A DNA stretch of 37,732 bases, taken from Nocardioides sp. (GTDB lineage Bacteria; Actinomycetota; Actinomycetes; Propionibacteriales; Nocardioidaceae). The position numbers and the translations under genes are program-made. Below the pieces are notes generated by a model. The model worked only from the letters and a program-made list of their open reading frames with translations. It made no database searches and was not told the origin of the DNA. Shown one piece after another: positions 27,010 through 36,965 of the stretch. Numbering within the stretch: the first letter of the stretch is position 1; each line of letters begins with the position of its first letter. The stretch lies in assembly GCA_049593675.1 (NCBI GenBank), contig JBAWHI010000264.1, forward strand, positions 1 to 37,732, written 5' to 3'.

Positions 27010-28449
27010 ATGTTCCGCAACCAGATGCCGCGCTACGAGGTGCTGTCCCAGGACGCGATGGCCACGCTGGACGCCGGCTGGCGCCGGCTGGTCAGCGAGA
27101 TCGGCGTCGAGTTCCTCGACGCACGGGCGCGCGACCTGTTCGCCGCGGCCGGCCAGCGGGTCGAGGACGACACGGTCTTCCTGGACCCCGAGTTCGTGAT
27201 GGAGCAGGTCGCGAAGGCGCCACGCGAGTTCGACCTCCAGGCGCGCAACCGCGAGCACTCGCTCCACATCGGGGGCGACGCGATGGCCTTCGGGGCGGTC
27301 TACGGGCCGCCGTTCGTGCGCGAGGGCGACGTCCGCCGCGACGGCACGATGGCGGACTTCGAGAGCTTCGCGAAGCTCTCGCAGTCCTTCTCGGTGCTCG
27401 ACTCGGCCGGTGGGGTGGTCACCGAGCCGAACGACACTCCGCTCGACAGTCGCCACCTCGACATGACCTATGCGCTGCAGACGCTGACCGACAAGGTCTA
27501 CATGGGCAACGTGGTCTCCGGGGTCAACGCCCGCGACACCATCGCGATGACCGAGATCCTCTTCGGTTCACGAGAGGCGATCGAGGAGACGCCCGCGCTG
27601 ATCTCGCTGATCAACTGCAACTCCCCGCTGCGCTGGGACGACCGGATGCTGGAGGCGCAGTTCGAGTACTCGTCGGCCAACCAGCCCGTCGTCCTGACCC
27701 CCTTCATCCTGATGGGCGCGATGTCGCCGGTGACGATCCCGGCGGCCCTGGTGCAGCAGATCGCCGAGGCGCTGTCCGGGATCGCGCTCTCGCAGCTGAT
27801 CCGCCCGGGCTGCCCCGTGGTGTTCGGCTCGTTCCTGTCCAACATCGACATGCAGTCCGGGTCGCCGACGTTCGGCACGCCCGAGTCCGGCATCGGGCTG
27901 CTCTGCACCGGTCAGATCGCCCGGCACTTCGGGCTGCCGTTCCGCACCGGAGGAGGGATGACCTCCTCCCAGGTCCCGGACGCGCAGGCCGGCTACGAGG
28001 CGATGATGACGCTGCTGCCGACCTTCCTCGCCGGCGCCAACTGGGTGATGCACTCCGCCGGCTGGCTCGAGGGCGGGCTGGTGTCGGGCTACGAGAAGTT
28101 CGTGATCGACACGCAGCTGGTCGAGATGCTGCAGCACGAGTTCACGCCGATGGAGATCGACGAGGCCTCCCTTGCCTTCGACGCGCACCAGGAGGTCGGC
28201 CACGGCGGGCACTTCCTCGGTGCGATGCACACGATGGAGCGCTTCCGCACCTGCTTCTACCGCCCGTTCCTCTCCTCGTCGGAGAACTACGAGCGGTGGA
28301 TGCGTGGCGGCGCCAAGGACACCGCTGCCCGGGCCGCCGACGTGTGGAGGAAGCGCCTCGAGGACTACGAGCAGCCGCCCCTGGACGAGGCGATCCGCGA
28401 GGAGCTCGAGGCCTACGTCGTACGCCGGCGTGCCGAGCTCGGCGACTGA
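27010..28449 (+). CDS. mttB: Non-pyrrolysine MttB-superfamily methyltransferase (MtgB-like quaternary amine:corrinoid methyltransferase)
   Basis: YGPPFV, INCNSPL, GAMSPVT, DMQSGSPTFGTPE, PDAQAGYE, HSAGWLEGGL, GGHFLG; no in-frame TAG; AGGAGG SD. Confidence 0.92.
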   Translation: MFRNQMPRYEVLSQDAMATLDAGWRRLVSEIGVEFLDARARDLFAAAGQRVEDDTVFLDPEFVMEQVAKAPREFDLQARNREHSLHIGGDAMAFGAVYGPPFVREGDVRRDGTMADFESFAKLSQSFSVLDSAGGVVTEPNDTPLDSRHLDMTYALQTLTDKVYMGNVVSGVNARDTIAMTEILFGSREAIEETPALISLINCNSPLRWDDRMLEAQFEYSSANQPVVLTPFILMGAMSPVTIPAALVQQIAEALSGIALSQLIRPGCPVVFGSFLSNIDMQSGSPTFGTPESGIGLLCTGQIARHFGLPFRTGGGMTSSQVPDAQAGYEAMMTLLPTFLAGANWVMHSAGWLEGGLVSGYEKFVIDTQLVEMLQHEFTPMEIDEASLAFDAHQEVGHGGHFLGAMHTMERFRTCFYRPFLSSSENYERWMRGGAKDTAARAADVWRKRLEDYEQPPLDEAIREELEAYVVRRRAELGD

Positions 28450-28497
28450 GTCCCCCTGCCCCGCACGGGCCACGCCGGTGGCCCGGCGGGTGGCGCG

Positions 28498-29376
28498 TCA
28501 GCGGAAGACGACGGTGCGCGACCCGTTGGGCAGCACCCGCGACTGGGTGTGCCAGCGGACCGCCCGGGAGAGCACCTGGGCCTCGACGTCGCGCCCGGCC
28601 GCGACCAGCGCGTCCTGATCGTAGGCGTGGTCGACGCGCATCACGTCCTGCTCGATGATCGGCCCCTCGTCGAGGTCGCCGGTCACGTAGTGCGCGGTCG
28701 CGCCGACCAGCTTCACACCACGGTCGAACGCCTGGTGGTAGGGCTTGGCGCCCTTGAAGCTCGGCAGGAACGAGTGGTGGATGTTGATCGCGCGACCGGA
28801 CAGCTGGCGGCACAGGTCGTCGGAGAGCACTTGCATGTAGCGCGCGAGCACGACCAGGTCGACGTCGAGCTCCGACACGAGCTCGAGCAGCCGGGCCTCC
28901 GCCTCGGGCTTGGTCTCGGGGGAGACCGGCACGTGGAAGAACGGCACGCCGTACGACGCGGCCATCTCGCCGGCGTCCGGGTGGTTCGAGACGATCGCCG
29001 GGACCTCGATCGGCAGCGAGCCGGTGCTGGCCCGGAAGAGCAGGTCGTTGAGGCAGTGCAGGTGCTTGGAGACCATGATCAGCGTGCGGTACGGCGCCCG
29101 GGCGTCCCACAGCTCGAAGCGCATGTCGAACTCGGCCGCGATGTCGGCGAACGCGGTCCGCAGGTCGTCGGCGGTCGTGCCGCCGGGCACCTCGACGTCG
29201 ATGCGCATGAAGAAGCGGCCGCTCAGCTTGTCGCCGAACTGCTGGCTCTCCACGATGTTGCCGCCCTGGGCGACCAGGAACCCGGACACCGCATGGACGA
29301 TGCCGGGACGGTCCGGGCAGGAGAGGTTGAGGACGAAGTCACCCGCGGCGATCGTCGGGGGCGCGAGAGAGGGCAC
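28498..29376 (-). CDS. purU: Formyltetrahydrofolate deformylase
   Basis: ACT domain LSCPDRPGIV; HCLNDLL, LARYMQVLS, INIHHSFLPSFKGAKPYHQA, GATAHYVT.DLDEGPIIEQ; GTG 29376. Confidence 0.95.
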   Translation of the reverse strand: MPSLAPPTIAAGDFVLNLSCPDRPGIVHAVSGFLVAQGGNIVESQQFGDKLSGRFFMRIDVEVPGGTTADDLRTAFADIAAEFDMRFELWDARAPYRTLIMVSKHLHCLNDLLFRASTGSLPIEVPAIVSNHPDAGEMAASYGVPFFHVPVSPETKPEAEARLLELVSELDVDLVVLARYMQVLSDDLCRQLSGRAINIHHSFLPSFKGAKPYHQAFDRGVKLVGATAHYVTGDLDEGPIIEQDVMRVDHAYDQDALVAAGRDVEAQVLSRAVRWHTQSRVLPNGSRTVVFR

Positions 29377-29404
29377 GGATCCACCTTCGGCATCGGAGGG
29401 AGCG

Positions 29405-29440
29405 GTTGCGCTGCTCGAAACAGACTCTGCGATGCGCAAC
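29405..29440. promoter_or_regulatory. Paired 17-bp boxes between purU and iclR2
   Basis: GTTGCGCTGCTCGAAAC (29405-29421) and ACTCTGCGATGCGCAAC (29424-29440), 2 nt apart. Confidence 0.65.
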
Positions 29441-29463
29441 AGATCTCGACTAGGGTCGCCATC

Positions 29464-30228
29464 GTGAACGACGCGAGCGCCGGCGTCCAGTCGGTCGACC
29501 GGGCGCTGACCATCCTCGAGGTCCTGGCCCGGGTCGGCGAGGCCGGGGTCACCGAGATCGCGGGGGAGCTCGGCGTCCACAAGAGCACGGCGTTCCGGCT
29601 GGTCAGCACCCTGGAGTCGCACCGCCTGGTGGAGCAGGCCACCGAGCGCGGCCGCTACCGCCTCGGTGTCGGCGTGCTGCGGCTGGCCGGTGCCACCACC
29701 GCGCGGCTCGACCTGGTCCAGGAGGCCCGGCCGGTGTGTCGCCGGCTCGCGGCCGACACGGGCGAGACCGTCAACATCGCCGTGCTCTCCGAGAGCTCCG
29801 CGCTCTACCTCGACCAGGTCGCGGGCTCGTCGGCGCTGCAGCCGCACAACTGGGTCGGCCAGCACATCCCGCTGCACGCCACCAGCAACGGCAAGGTGCT
29901 GCTCAGTGGTCTGGACGAGGAGCGGGTCGCCGAGGTGCTCGGCAGCCTGTCGCGCTACACGTCGGGCACCATCACCACGAAGGCCACGCTGCGAGCGGAG
30001 CTCGCGCAGGTCCGCGAGAGCGGCTACGCCGTCGCGGTGGACGAGCTCGAGGAGGGGCTCACCGCAGTGGCGGCTCCCATCCGCAACGCGCACGGCGACG
30101 TCATCGCCTCGATGAGCGTCTCCGGTCCGTCGTTCCGGCTGACCGAGGCGCGCGTGGAGGCGGTGCTGCCGCAGCTGGTGGCGGCCGCGGACGAGGTCTC
30201 ACGCCGGCTCGGCTGGGGCCGGCGCTGA
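29464..30228 (+). CDS. IclR family regulator 2
   Basis: VQSVDRALTILE...GVTEIAGELGVHKSTAFRLVSTLE; ETVNIAV; PLHATSNGK; SVSGP.FR; TAGGGT 7 nt before GTG 29464. Confidence 0.93.
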   Translation: MNDASAGVQSVDRALTILEVLARVGEAGVTEIAGELGVHKSTAFRLVSTLESHRLVEQATERGRYRLGVGVLRLAGATTARLDLVQEARPVCRRLAADTGETVNIAVLSESSALYLDQVAGSSALQPHNWVGQHIPLHATSNGKVLLSGLDEERVAEVLGSLSRYTSGTITTKATLRAELAQVRESGYAVAVDELEEGLTAVAAPIRNAHGDVIASMSVSGPSFRLTEARVEAVLPQLVAAADEVSRRLGWGRR

Positions 30229-30316
30229 CCGGGTCGCCGTCGGATCCGGCCGGCCACGGCTGAGCAGCCGGCTCGGCTGCCCGCTCGGCTGCCCGTCGTC
30301 GGGCCCGAACTCGGTC

Positions 30317-30388
30317 TTGACCGGTCGGCCGGGTCGAGCGATGCTGGAGGCGGTTTCGTATCACGCATCGCGTTGCGTATGACGCAAC
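30317..30388 (+). promoter_or_regulatory. Promoter plus paired 17-bp boxes upstream of the demethylase-etf operon
   Basis: TTGACC (30317-30322), 17 nt, GATGCT (30340-30345); GTTTCGTATCACGCATC (30353-30369) and GTTGCGTATGACGCAAC (30372-30388). Confidence 0.75.
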
Positions 30389-30412
30389 TGCGCGAACAGA
30401 GCGGAGAGCGCC

Positions 30413-32917
30413 ATGGCCACCGTCCCCCCCTCGGCCAAGGCCGTGGTCATCGGCGCCGGGATCGTCGGCAACAGCCTCGTCCATCACCTGGCGCGGCTCG
30501 GCTGGCGCGACATCGTGCAGCTCGACAAGGGCCCGCTGCCCAACCCGGGCGGATCGACCGGGCACGCCTCGAACTTCATCTTCCCGGTGGACCACTCGCG
30601 CGAGATCACCGACCTGACGCTGGACTCGGTGCGGCAGTACCAGGAGATGGGGGTCTTCACCCGGTGCGGCGGCTTCGAGCTGGCCCGCACGCCGGCGCGC
30701 ATGGAGGAGCTGCGCCGGCGGATGTCGAGCGCACGCGCGTGGGGGATCGAGGCGCACCTCGTCGACCCGGCGTTCGTGAAGGAGAAGGTCCCCTTCATCG
30801 AGACCGACCAGTTCATCGGCGCCTTCTGGACGCCGAGCGTGGGAGTCGTCGACTCGCTGCGGGCCGGCACCATCATGCGCGAGAGCGCGCTCGCGACCGG
30901 GGCGCTGACCGTCGTACCCAACGTGGAGGTGACGGGCCTCGACGTCGTCGACGGCCGGATCGCCCGGGTCCGCACCGACGGCGGCGACATCGACGCGGAG
31001 CACGTCGTGATCGCCTGCGGCGTGTGGAGCCCCCAGATCGGCGACCTGGCCGGCATCTCGATCCCGCTGACGCCGGCGGTGCACCAGATGATCAGTGTCG
31101 GGCCGTGCCCGCAGCTCGCCGAGCGCGAGGGCGAGATCAGCTTCCCGATCGTGCGCGACATGGACACCTACTGCTACGAGCGCCAGCACGGCGCCGACAT
31201 GGAGGTCGGCTCCTACGCGCACCGCGCGATCCTGCACGAGCCCGAGGAGATCCCCTCGATCGAGCAGGCCAAGCTGTCGCCGACCGAGATGCCCTTCACC
31301 TCCGACGACTTCGACCCGCAGCTCGAGCAGGCCTACGAGCTGATGCCCGGGCTGCTCGGCGCCGAGGGCGCTGAGATGCGCTACGCGATCAACGGCCTGC
31401 TCTCGCTCACCTGTGACGGCAACCCGATCCTGGGGGAGAGCGCCGTCAAGGGGCTGTGGACCGCGGCCGCGGTCTGGATCAAGGAGGGGCCGGGCGTCGG
31501 CCGCGCGGTGGCCGAGTGGATGGTCGACGGCCACTGCGAGATCGACGTCAGCCACAGCGACATCGCGCGCTTCCACCCCCACCAGATGCGCCGCGAGCAC
31601 ACCCGGCTGCGCACCACCGAGTCGTTCATCAAGACCTACGGGATCATCCACCCCGCCGAGCAGTACGAGTCCGATCGCGGTCAGCGGCTGGCCGCGATGC
31701 ACGACTCCCAGCGGGGGCTCGGCGCGGTCTTCTTCGAGACCGGCGGTTGGGAGCGGCCGCACTGGTACGAGTCCAACGCCGGCCTCGTCGAGGAGTACGG
31801 CGCGGCCGTGATGGCGCGCGAGCACGAGTGGGACGCGCGCTGGTGGAGCCCGATCATCAACGCCGAGCACCTCCGGATGCGCGAGGCCGCCGGCATCATC
31901 GACCTGTCGGCGTTCGAGATCTTCGACATCGCCGGCCCCGGGGCGCTGGAGGCGGTGCAGACCGTCTGCGTGGCTCAGTGCGACGTCGCGGTCGGCAAGG
32001 TCGTCTACACGCCGGTGCTCGACCCCGCCGGGGGGTTCCGCGCCGACCTCACCGTGATGCGGCTGGCCGACGACGTCTTCCGGGTCGTCACGGGCGCCGC
32101 GCACGGGCCCGCGGACCGGCTCTGGTTCGGCGACCACGTCCCGGCCGGCACCACCCTCACCAACCGCACCGACGACGTCGCCACGATCGGACTCTGGGGC
32201 CCTCGGGCGCGCGACATCCTCGGCGGCCTGACCGCGGACGACCTGACCGACGGCGGCTTCGGCTTCCTCACCTGCCGCGAGCTCCGGGTCGCGGGCACCA
32301 GTGTCCTGGCCTCCCGGATCTCCTACGTCGGCGAGCTCGGCTGGGAGCTCTACGTCGCGCGCGACGACGCTGCCGCCCTCTGGGACGCGCTGCTCGAGGC
32401 CGGGTCGGCGCACGGCGCCGTCCCGGTCGGCGTCGGCGTCTACGGCACGACCGGCCGGATCGAGAAGGGCTACCGGGCGTTCGGTGCCGAGCTCGACGCC
32501 GAGCGCAGCATCGTCGAGGCCGGCATGCAGCGCCCGAAGGTCAAGGCGGCGGACTTCATCGGCAAGGCGGCGTACCTCGCCCAGCGCGACAGCGCACCCG
32601 CCGCCGTGCTGTGCACGCTGGTCGTCGACGACCACACCTCGGCCAGCGGGATCAAGCGCTACATGCTCGGCGGGGAGCCGATCCTTCGTCGCGACGGCAC
32701 GTCGCTGACCGACGGGCACGGCCACCACCCCTACGTCACCTCCGCCGGGTCTGCGCCGTCGCTCGGCACGCACCTGCTGCTCGCCTACCTGCCGCCGGGC
32801 GAGGCGTCGATCGGCAACGAGCTGGCCGTGTCCTACATGGAGGAGCTCTACCCGGTCACCGTCGCCTCCGTCGACGCGACGGCGCTGCTCGACCCCGCCA
32901 ACGAGCGCATCCGATGA
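30413..32917 (+). CDS. GcvT-family FAD-dependent N-demethylase (dimethylglycine/sarcosine dehydrogenase-like)
   Basis: VVIGAGIVG, GGSTGHA (flavinylation-type His), GGWERPHWY, THF-binding domain GLWGPRAR, RISYVGELGWELY, RIEKGY. Confidence 0.9.
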   Translation: MATVPPSAKAVVIGAGIVGNSLVHHLARLGWRDIVQLDKGPLPNPGGSTGHASNFIFPVDHSREITDLTLDSVRQYQEMGVFTRCGGFELARTPARMEELRRRMSSARAWGIEAHLVDPAFVKEKVPFIETDQFIGAFWTPSVGVVDSLRAGTIMRESALATGALTVVPNVEVTGLDVVDGRIARVRTDGGDIDAEHVVIACGVWSPQIGDLAGISIPLTPAVHQMISVGPCPQLAEREGEISFPIVRDMDTYCYERQHGADMEVGSYAHRAILHEPEEIPSIEQAKLSPTEMPFTSDDFDPQLEQAYELMPGLLGAEGAEMRYAINGLLSLTCDGNPILGESAVKGLWTAAAVWIKEGPGVGRAVAEWMVDGHCEIDVSHSDIARFHPHQMRREHTRLRTTESFIKTYGIIHPAEQYESDRGQRLAAMHDSQRGLGAVFFETGGWERPHWYESNAGLVEEYGAAVMAREHEWDARWWSPIINAEHLRMREAAGIIDLSAFEIFDIAGPGALEAVQTVCVAQCDVAVGKVVYTPVLDPAGGFRADLTVMRLADDVFRVVTGAAHGPADRLWFGDHVPAGTTLTNRTDDVATIGLWGPRARDILGGLTADDLTDGGFGFLTCRELRVAGTSVLASRISYVGELGWELYVARDDAAALWDALLEAGSAHGAVPVGVGVYGTTGRIEKGYRAFGAELDAERSIVEAGMQRPKVKAADFIGKAAYLAQRDSAPAAVLCTLVVDDHTSASGIKRYMLGGEPILRRDGTSLTDGHGHHPYVTSAGSAPSLGTHLLLAYLPPGEASIGNELAVSYMEELYPVTVASVDATALLDPANERIR

Positions 32918-33657
32918 GCACGCTCGTCTGCATCAAGCGGGTGGTCGACTCCTCCAGCGAGGTGGTGCTGACCGAGGACGCGCAGGGCGTCGACGGCCGG
33001 TACGCCGGCTTCACGATGAGCCCGCACGAGGAGTGCGCGGTCGAGCTGGCCGTGCAGCTCGGCGGCGCGACGACGGTCCTCACGCTGGGTGATGCCGACG
33101 CCGTCGAGCAGCTCCGCGCGGCCCTCGCGGTCGGCTGCACCGCGGCGACCCACGTGGTCGCCGACGCGCAGACGTTCGGGCCGGCCGACGTGGCGCGCGA
33201 GATCGCCGCGGTCGTGCGCGACCACGGGCACGACCTGGTGCTCCTCGGCAACGACGCGGCGGACAGCGGAGACTTCCAGGTCGGCATCCGCCTCGCCTAC
33301 GAGCTCGGCTGGCCGGTCGTCAACGGCGTCACGCTCGTCTCGGTCGACGACGGTGTTCTGACCGCCAGCGGCGCCGGTCCGGACGGGCACGAGACCTACC
33401 GGCTGCCGCTGCCGGCGGTGGTGACCGTGCTGGAGGGTGGCGTCGCGCCGCGCTACCCCACCGTTCCCGGCCGGATGAAGGCGAAGAAGGTCCCGATCGA
33501 GGAGCGGGCGCCCTCCGCCCCCGCGGCCGGGCCGGGCCGGGTGCGCCTGCTGCTGCCGGCCCCGGCGCCGTCCTCGGTGCAGATCCTCGGCACCGGGCCC
33601 GAGGCCGCGCCGGCCGTCGTGGACCTGTTCGAGCGGCTGGGGGTGCTGGCCCGATGA
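32914..33657 (+). CDS. etfB: Electron transfer flavoprotein beta subunit
   Basis: LVCIKRVVD, ECAVELAV, DLVLLG..AADSGD.QVG, PRYPT....KAKK; ATGA coupling on both sides. Confidence 0.9.
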   Translation: MSTLVCIKRVVDSSSEVVLTEDAQGVDGRYAGFTMSPHEECAVELAVQLGGATTVLTLGDADAVEQLRAALAVGCTAATHVVADAQTFGPADVAREIAAVVRDHGHDLVLLGNDAADSGDFQVGIRLAYELGWPVVNGVTLVSVDDGVLTASGAGPDGHETYRLPLPAVVTVLEGGVAPRYPTVPGRMKAKKVPIEERAPSAPAAGPGRVRLLLPAPAPSSVQILGTGPEAAPAVVDLFERLGVLAR

Positions 33658-34643
33658 TCCTGGTCCTGGTCGAGACCACTCCCGCCGGGGAGGCCGTCGA
33701 GGTCTCCCGCGAGGCAGTCACCTTCGCCCGGTCGCTGAGCTCTGCCGGAGGCGGGGTCCCGATCGACGTGGTGCTCGTCGGCGAGCCCGGCGCTGCGCTC
33801 ACCGAGCTGCTCGCGGCGTACGGCGTCCGCCGGGTGCACGCACTCACCGGCGCTGCGTTCGATGCGTTCGCGGGTGCGGCGTGGGCATCCGGCGTCCTGT
33901 CGGTGCGCGAGTCGGCAGGATCGGTGGTCGTGCTGGCCGCGGGCACCCCGCGCGGCAACGAGGTGATGGCGCACGTCGCCGCGCGCGCCGGCGTACCCAT
34001 GGCCGCCAATGTGCTGTCCTTCGACGGCCTGTCGCCCTTCGTCGTCACCCGCCAGGTGGTCGGTGGCGCCGCGCTCGAGGAGATGGCGCTGCCGGCGCGC
34101 CCGGCGGTCCTCACGGTCGCCGGCCACGCGGTCGAGGCGGCCCCCGCCGAGACGCCGGCCGCGGGCACCGTCGTCGTCGAGACGCCGACCGTCGCCGACG
34201 CCGACCTGGTCGCCCGGGTGGTGTCGTCCCAGGCCCCCGAGCCGGACCGCTCCGGGTCGCTGACGTCCGCGAAGGTCGTGGTGGGCGCCGGCCGCGGAGC
34301 CGGCTCGGCCGAGGGGTTCGCCGACATCTTGGAGCTCGCCGAGCTGCTGGACGCCGCGTTGGGCGTCTCTCGCGTCGTGACGTCGCTCGGCTGGCGTCCG
34401 CACCACGAGCAGGTCGGACAGACCGGATCGAGGATCTCGCCCGACCTCTACATCCCGTGCGGCATCAGCGGCGCGATCCAGCACTGGGCCGGGTGCTCGT
34501 CGGCGAAGCACATCCTCGCGATCAACACCGACGCCGACGCTCCGATGGTCACCCGCGCGACACATGCCGTGATCGGAGACCTGCACGAGATCGTCCCCGC
34601 GATCAACGAGGAGATCCGCCGCCGGGCACCGGGCGGCGGCTGA
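33654..34643 (+). CDS. etfA: Electron transfer flavoprotein alpha subunit
   Basis: VVVGAGRG, GVSR, QVGQTG, LYIPCGISGAIQHWAG, AINTD.DAP. Confidence 0.93.
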   Translation: MILVLVETTPAGEAVEVSREAVTFARSLSSAGGGVPIDVVLVGEPGAALTELLAAYGVRRVHALTGAAFDAFAGAAWASGVLSVRESAGSVVVLAAGTPRGNEVMAHVAARAGVPMAANVLSFDGLSPFVVTRQVVGGAALEEMALPARPAVLTVAGHAVEAAPAETPAAGTVVVETPTVADADLVARVVSSQAPEPDRSGSLTSAKVVVGAGRGAGSAEGFADILELAELLDAALGVSRVVTSLGWRPHHEQVGQTGSRISPDLYIPCGISGAIQHWAGCSSAKHILAINTDADAPMVTRATHAVIGDLHEIVPAINEEIRRRAPGGG

Positions 34644-34712
34644 CGTCGCCGACGGTGCTCGCTGCGGCGGATCGGGTGCTTCGACGTAGCCTGGTGGTCA
34701 GGGGAGGATTCC

Positions 34713-35966
34713 ATGCGACTGGGGCGCGCACTCGGGACGACGGCACTCGTGACCGGCGTCGCGCTGGCGTCCGCCTGCAACGGGTCCTCGCAGGCGGGTG
34801 ACGAGCCTGCGGCACCCAGCAGCACCTCGGGCAGCACCTCGGGCAGCAGCCCGAGCAGCGCCTCGGGGCCCGGCTCCGGCGGCCAGAGCGCGGCACCGGC
34901 GCTCGACCCGGAGCACGCGGTCGACGCACCCGGGCCGCGGACCGGACAGATCGCGCCGGCCGACATCGTGGTCAACGGCTCGCAGGAGATCCCGGAGGAG
35001 ACGGTCGCGGCGATCCGGGACCTGGACGGGGTGACCGGCGTCGAGCAGCTCGCCTTCGCCACCGTGCCGATCGAGAACCGGGCGCTGCGCGTCGCGGCGG
35101 TCGATCCGGCGACCTACCGCAACTGGGTGATCAGACCCGAGAGCGCTGATGCGGGCGTCGTGTGGAGGCGGGTGGCCAACGGCGAGCTCGCGATGCGCCC
35201 CGCGCTGAGGAAGCGGATCCCGGTCGACGAGGCCGGCTTCGCCGCCCTCGGCAGCACCAGTGACGCGCCGGCCGTCCATGTCGGCGCCTATGCCCAGCAG
35301 TCCTGGCTGGTCGACGCCGTCGTCAACGAGACCTGGGTCGACACCCTCGAGATGACCGAGGGCAACGCGCTGCTGATCCGCACCGGCGACACCTCGCCCG
35401 GCACCCTCCGCAAGCCGATCCAGCAGATCCTGCGCGGCACCGAGGCATCGGTGCAGATGACCGACGTGGTCGCTCGGGAGGGTCTCGACCCCGGCGCGGT
35501 GCAGACGGCCGTCGTGGTCGGCACGGTCTCCGACGCGGTCGGGATCTACCGCTACACGGTGCTCGGGGGCGGGCGGATCGCTCCCAGCCCGGCGTGGGAG
35601 GCCGCGCACATCGCGACCGAGTCGGTGCCGATCCTCGGCAGCATCCGCTGCAACAAGATGGTCTTCCCGCAGCTGCGCGCGGCGCTCGAGGAGATCGTCG
35701 TCCGCGGCCTCGCCGACAAGATCCACCCCGGCGAGTACGCCGGCTGCTACTACCCGCGCTTCATCGCCGGGTCGACGACGCTCTCCAACCACGCCTTCGG
35801 CCTCGCGCTCGACCTCAACACGCCCGGCAACCAGCGCGGCACCGTGGGCGAGATGGACCGCGACGTCGTGCGCATCTTCAAGAGCTGGGGCTTCGCGTGG
35901 GGCGGCGACTGGCGCTACACCGACCCGATGCACTTCGAGATGAACCGCCTGGTCGCACCGCGCTGA
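34713..35966 (+). CDS. M15-family metallopeptidase lipoprotein (D-Ala-D-Ala carboxypeptidase-like)
   Basis: Lipobox LASAC, Ser/Gly linker (12-bp repeat at 34819-34848), SNHAFGLALDLN (SxHxxGxAxD), WGGDW...DPMHFE. Confidence 0.88.
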   Translation: MRLGRALGTTALVTGVALASACNGSSQAGDEPAAPSSTSGSTSGSSPSSASGPGSGGQSAAPALDPEHAVDAPGPRTGQIAPADIVVNGSQEIPEETVAAIRDLDGVTGVEQLAFATVPIENRALRVAAVDPATYRNWVIRPESADAGVVWRRVANGELAMRPALRKRIPVDEAGFAALGSTSDAPAVHVGAYAQQSWLVDAVVNETWVDTLEMTEGNALLIRTGDTSPGTLRKPIQQILRGTEASVQMTDVVAREGLDPGAVQTAVVVGTVSDAVGIYRYTVLGGGRIAPSPAWEAAHIATESVPILGSIRCNKMVFPQLRAALEEIVVRGLADKIHPGEYAGCYYPRFIAGSTTLSNHAFGLALDLNTPGNQRGTVGEMDRDVVRIFKSWGFAWGGDWRYTDPMHFEMNRLVAPR

Positions 35967-35987
35967 GCGCCCGCTAGCCTCGCGAGC

Positions 35988-36953
35988 ATGCGAGCAGCCC
36001 AGGTCCTCGACACCACCGGTCCCGCGGACGTCGTCGTCCGCGACGTACCCCCTCCCACCCCCGGCCCCGACGACGTCCTCGTCGAGGTGCACACGGTCGG
36101 CGTCTCCTTCCCCGACCTGCTGCTGAGCAAGGGGGAGTACCAGCTGAAGCCGGAGCCGCCGTTCACCCTCGGCGTCGACTTCGCCGGCGTCGTCGTGTCC
36201 GGCCCCGCGGGCTTCGAGCCGGGGCAGCGGGTGGCCGGGGTCGGTGGCTACGGGGGCGGCGCCGAGCTCGTCGCCAACCCCGCGACGTCCACCTTCGCGC
36301 TGCCCGACAGCCTCTCCTTCGACGAGGGCGCGGCGCTGCCGATGAACGACCTCACCGCGCAGTTCGCGCTGGCCGAGCGCGGCGACCTCCGGGCCGGCGA
36401 GACCGTGCTCGTCCACGGCGCCGCGGGCGGCGTCGGCACCGCGTCGATCCAGGTCGCCAAGGGGTACGGCGCGCGGGTGATCGCCGTGGTCAGCACGCCG
36501 GAGAAGGCGGCCGTCGCGCGGGCGGCGGGCGCGGACGAGGCGGTGCTGCTCGAGGGGTTCAAGGACGCCGTCCAGGAGCTGACCGGCGGTGCCGGTGTCG
36601 ACGTCATCGTCGACGTCGTCGGCGGCGACGCCTTCACCGACTCACTGCGGGTCCTCGGCACCCAGGGCCGGCTGCTCGTCGTCGGCTTCGCGGCCGGCCA
36701 GGGCATCCCCCAGGTCAAGGTCAACCGGCTGCTGCTCAACAACGTCGACGTCCGCGGCGTGGGCTGGGGCGCCTACGCGATGGTCCGGCCCGGCTACATG
36801 CACCAGCAGTGGGCCGAGCTCCTCCCGATGCTGGAGTCGGGCGTGATCAAGCCCCCGATCGGCGCGACGTACGCCCTCGAGGACTTCGGCCGGGCGCTGC
36901 TCGACATGGACGCCCGCACGACCCTCGGCAAGTCCGTCGTGCGGGTGCGCTGA
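35988..36953 (+). CDS. NADPH:quinone oxidoreductase (MDR/zeta-crystallin family)
   Basis: PPFTLG, GETVLVHGAAGGVG, GRLLVVGFAAG, GK.V; TAGCCT 7 nt before the ATG. Confidence 0.92.
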   Translation: MRAAQVLDTTGPADVVVRDVPPPTPGPDDVLVEVHTVGVSFPDLLLSKGEYQLKPEPPFTLGVDFAGVVVSGPAGFEPGQRVAGVGGYGGGAELVANPATSTFALPDSLSFDEGAALPMNDLTAQFALAERGDLRAGETVLVHGAAGGVGTASIQVAKGYGARVIAVVSTPEKAAVARAAGADEAVLLEGFKDAVQELTGGAGVDVIVDVVGGDAFTDSLRVLGTQGRLLVVGFAAGQGIPQVKVNRLLLNNVDVRGVGWGAYAMVRPGYMHQQWAELLPMLESGVIKPPIGATYALEDFGRALLDMDARTTLGKSVVRVR

Positions 36954-36965
36954 GGCTGCTGGCGC

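Noticed and set aside
27010..28449. Pyrrolysine read-through / true trimethylamine methyltransferase
   Set aside because: No in-frame TAG and no pyl genes or tRNA in the window.
30264..30294. Hairpin GCAGCCG-GCT-CGGCTGC and 12-bp duplication after iclR2
   Set aside because: Short, GC-rich, no U-tract; may be a terminator but unsupported.
30413..32917. Glycine cleavage T protein (gcvT)
   Set aside because: 834 aa with an N-terminal FAD domain, and no gcvH/gcvP nearby.
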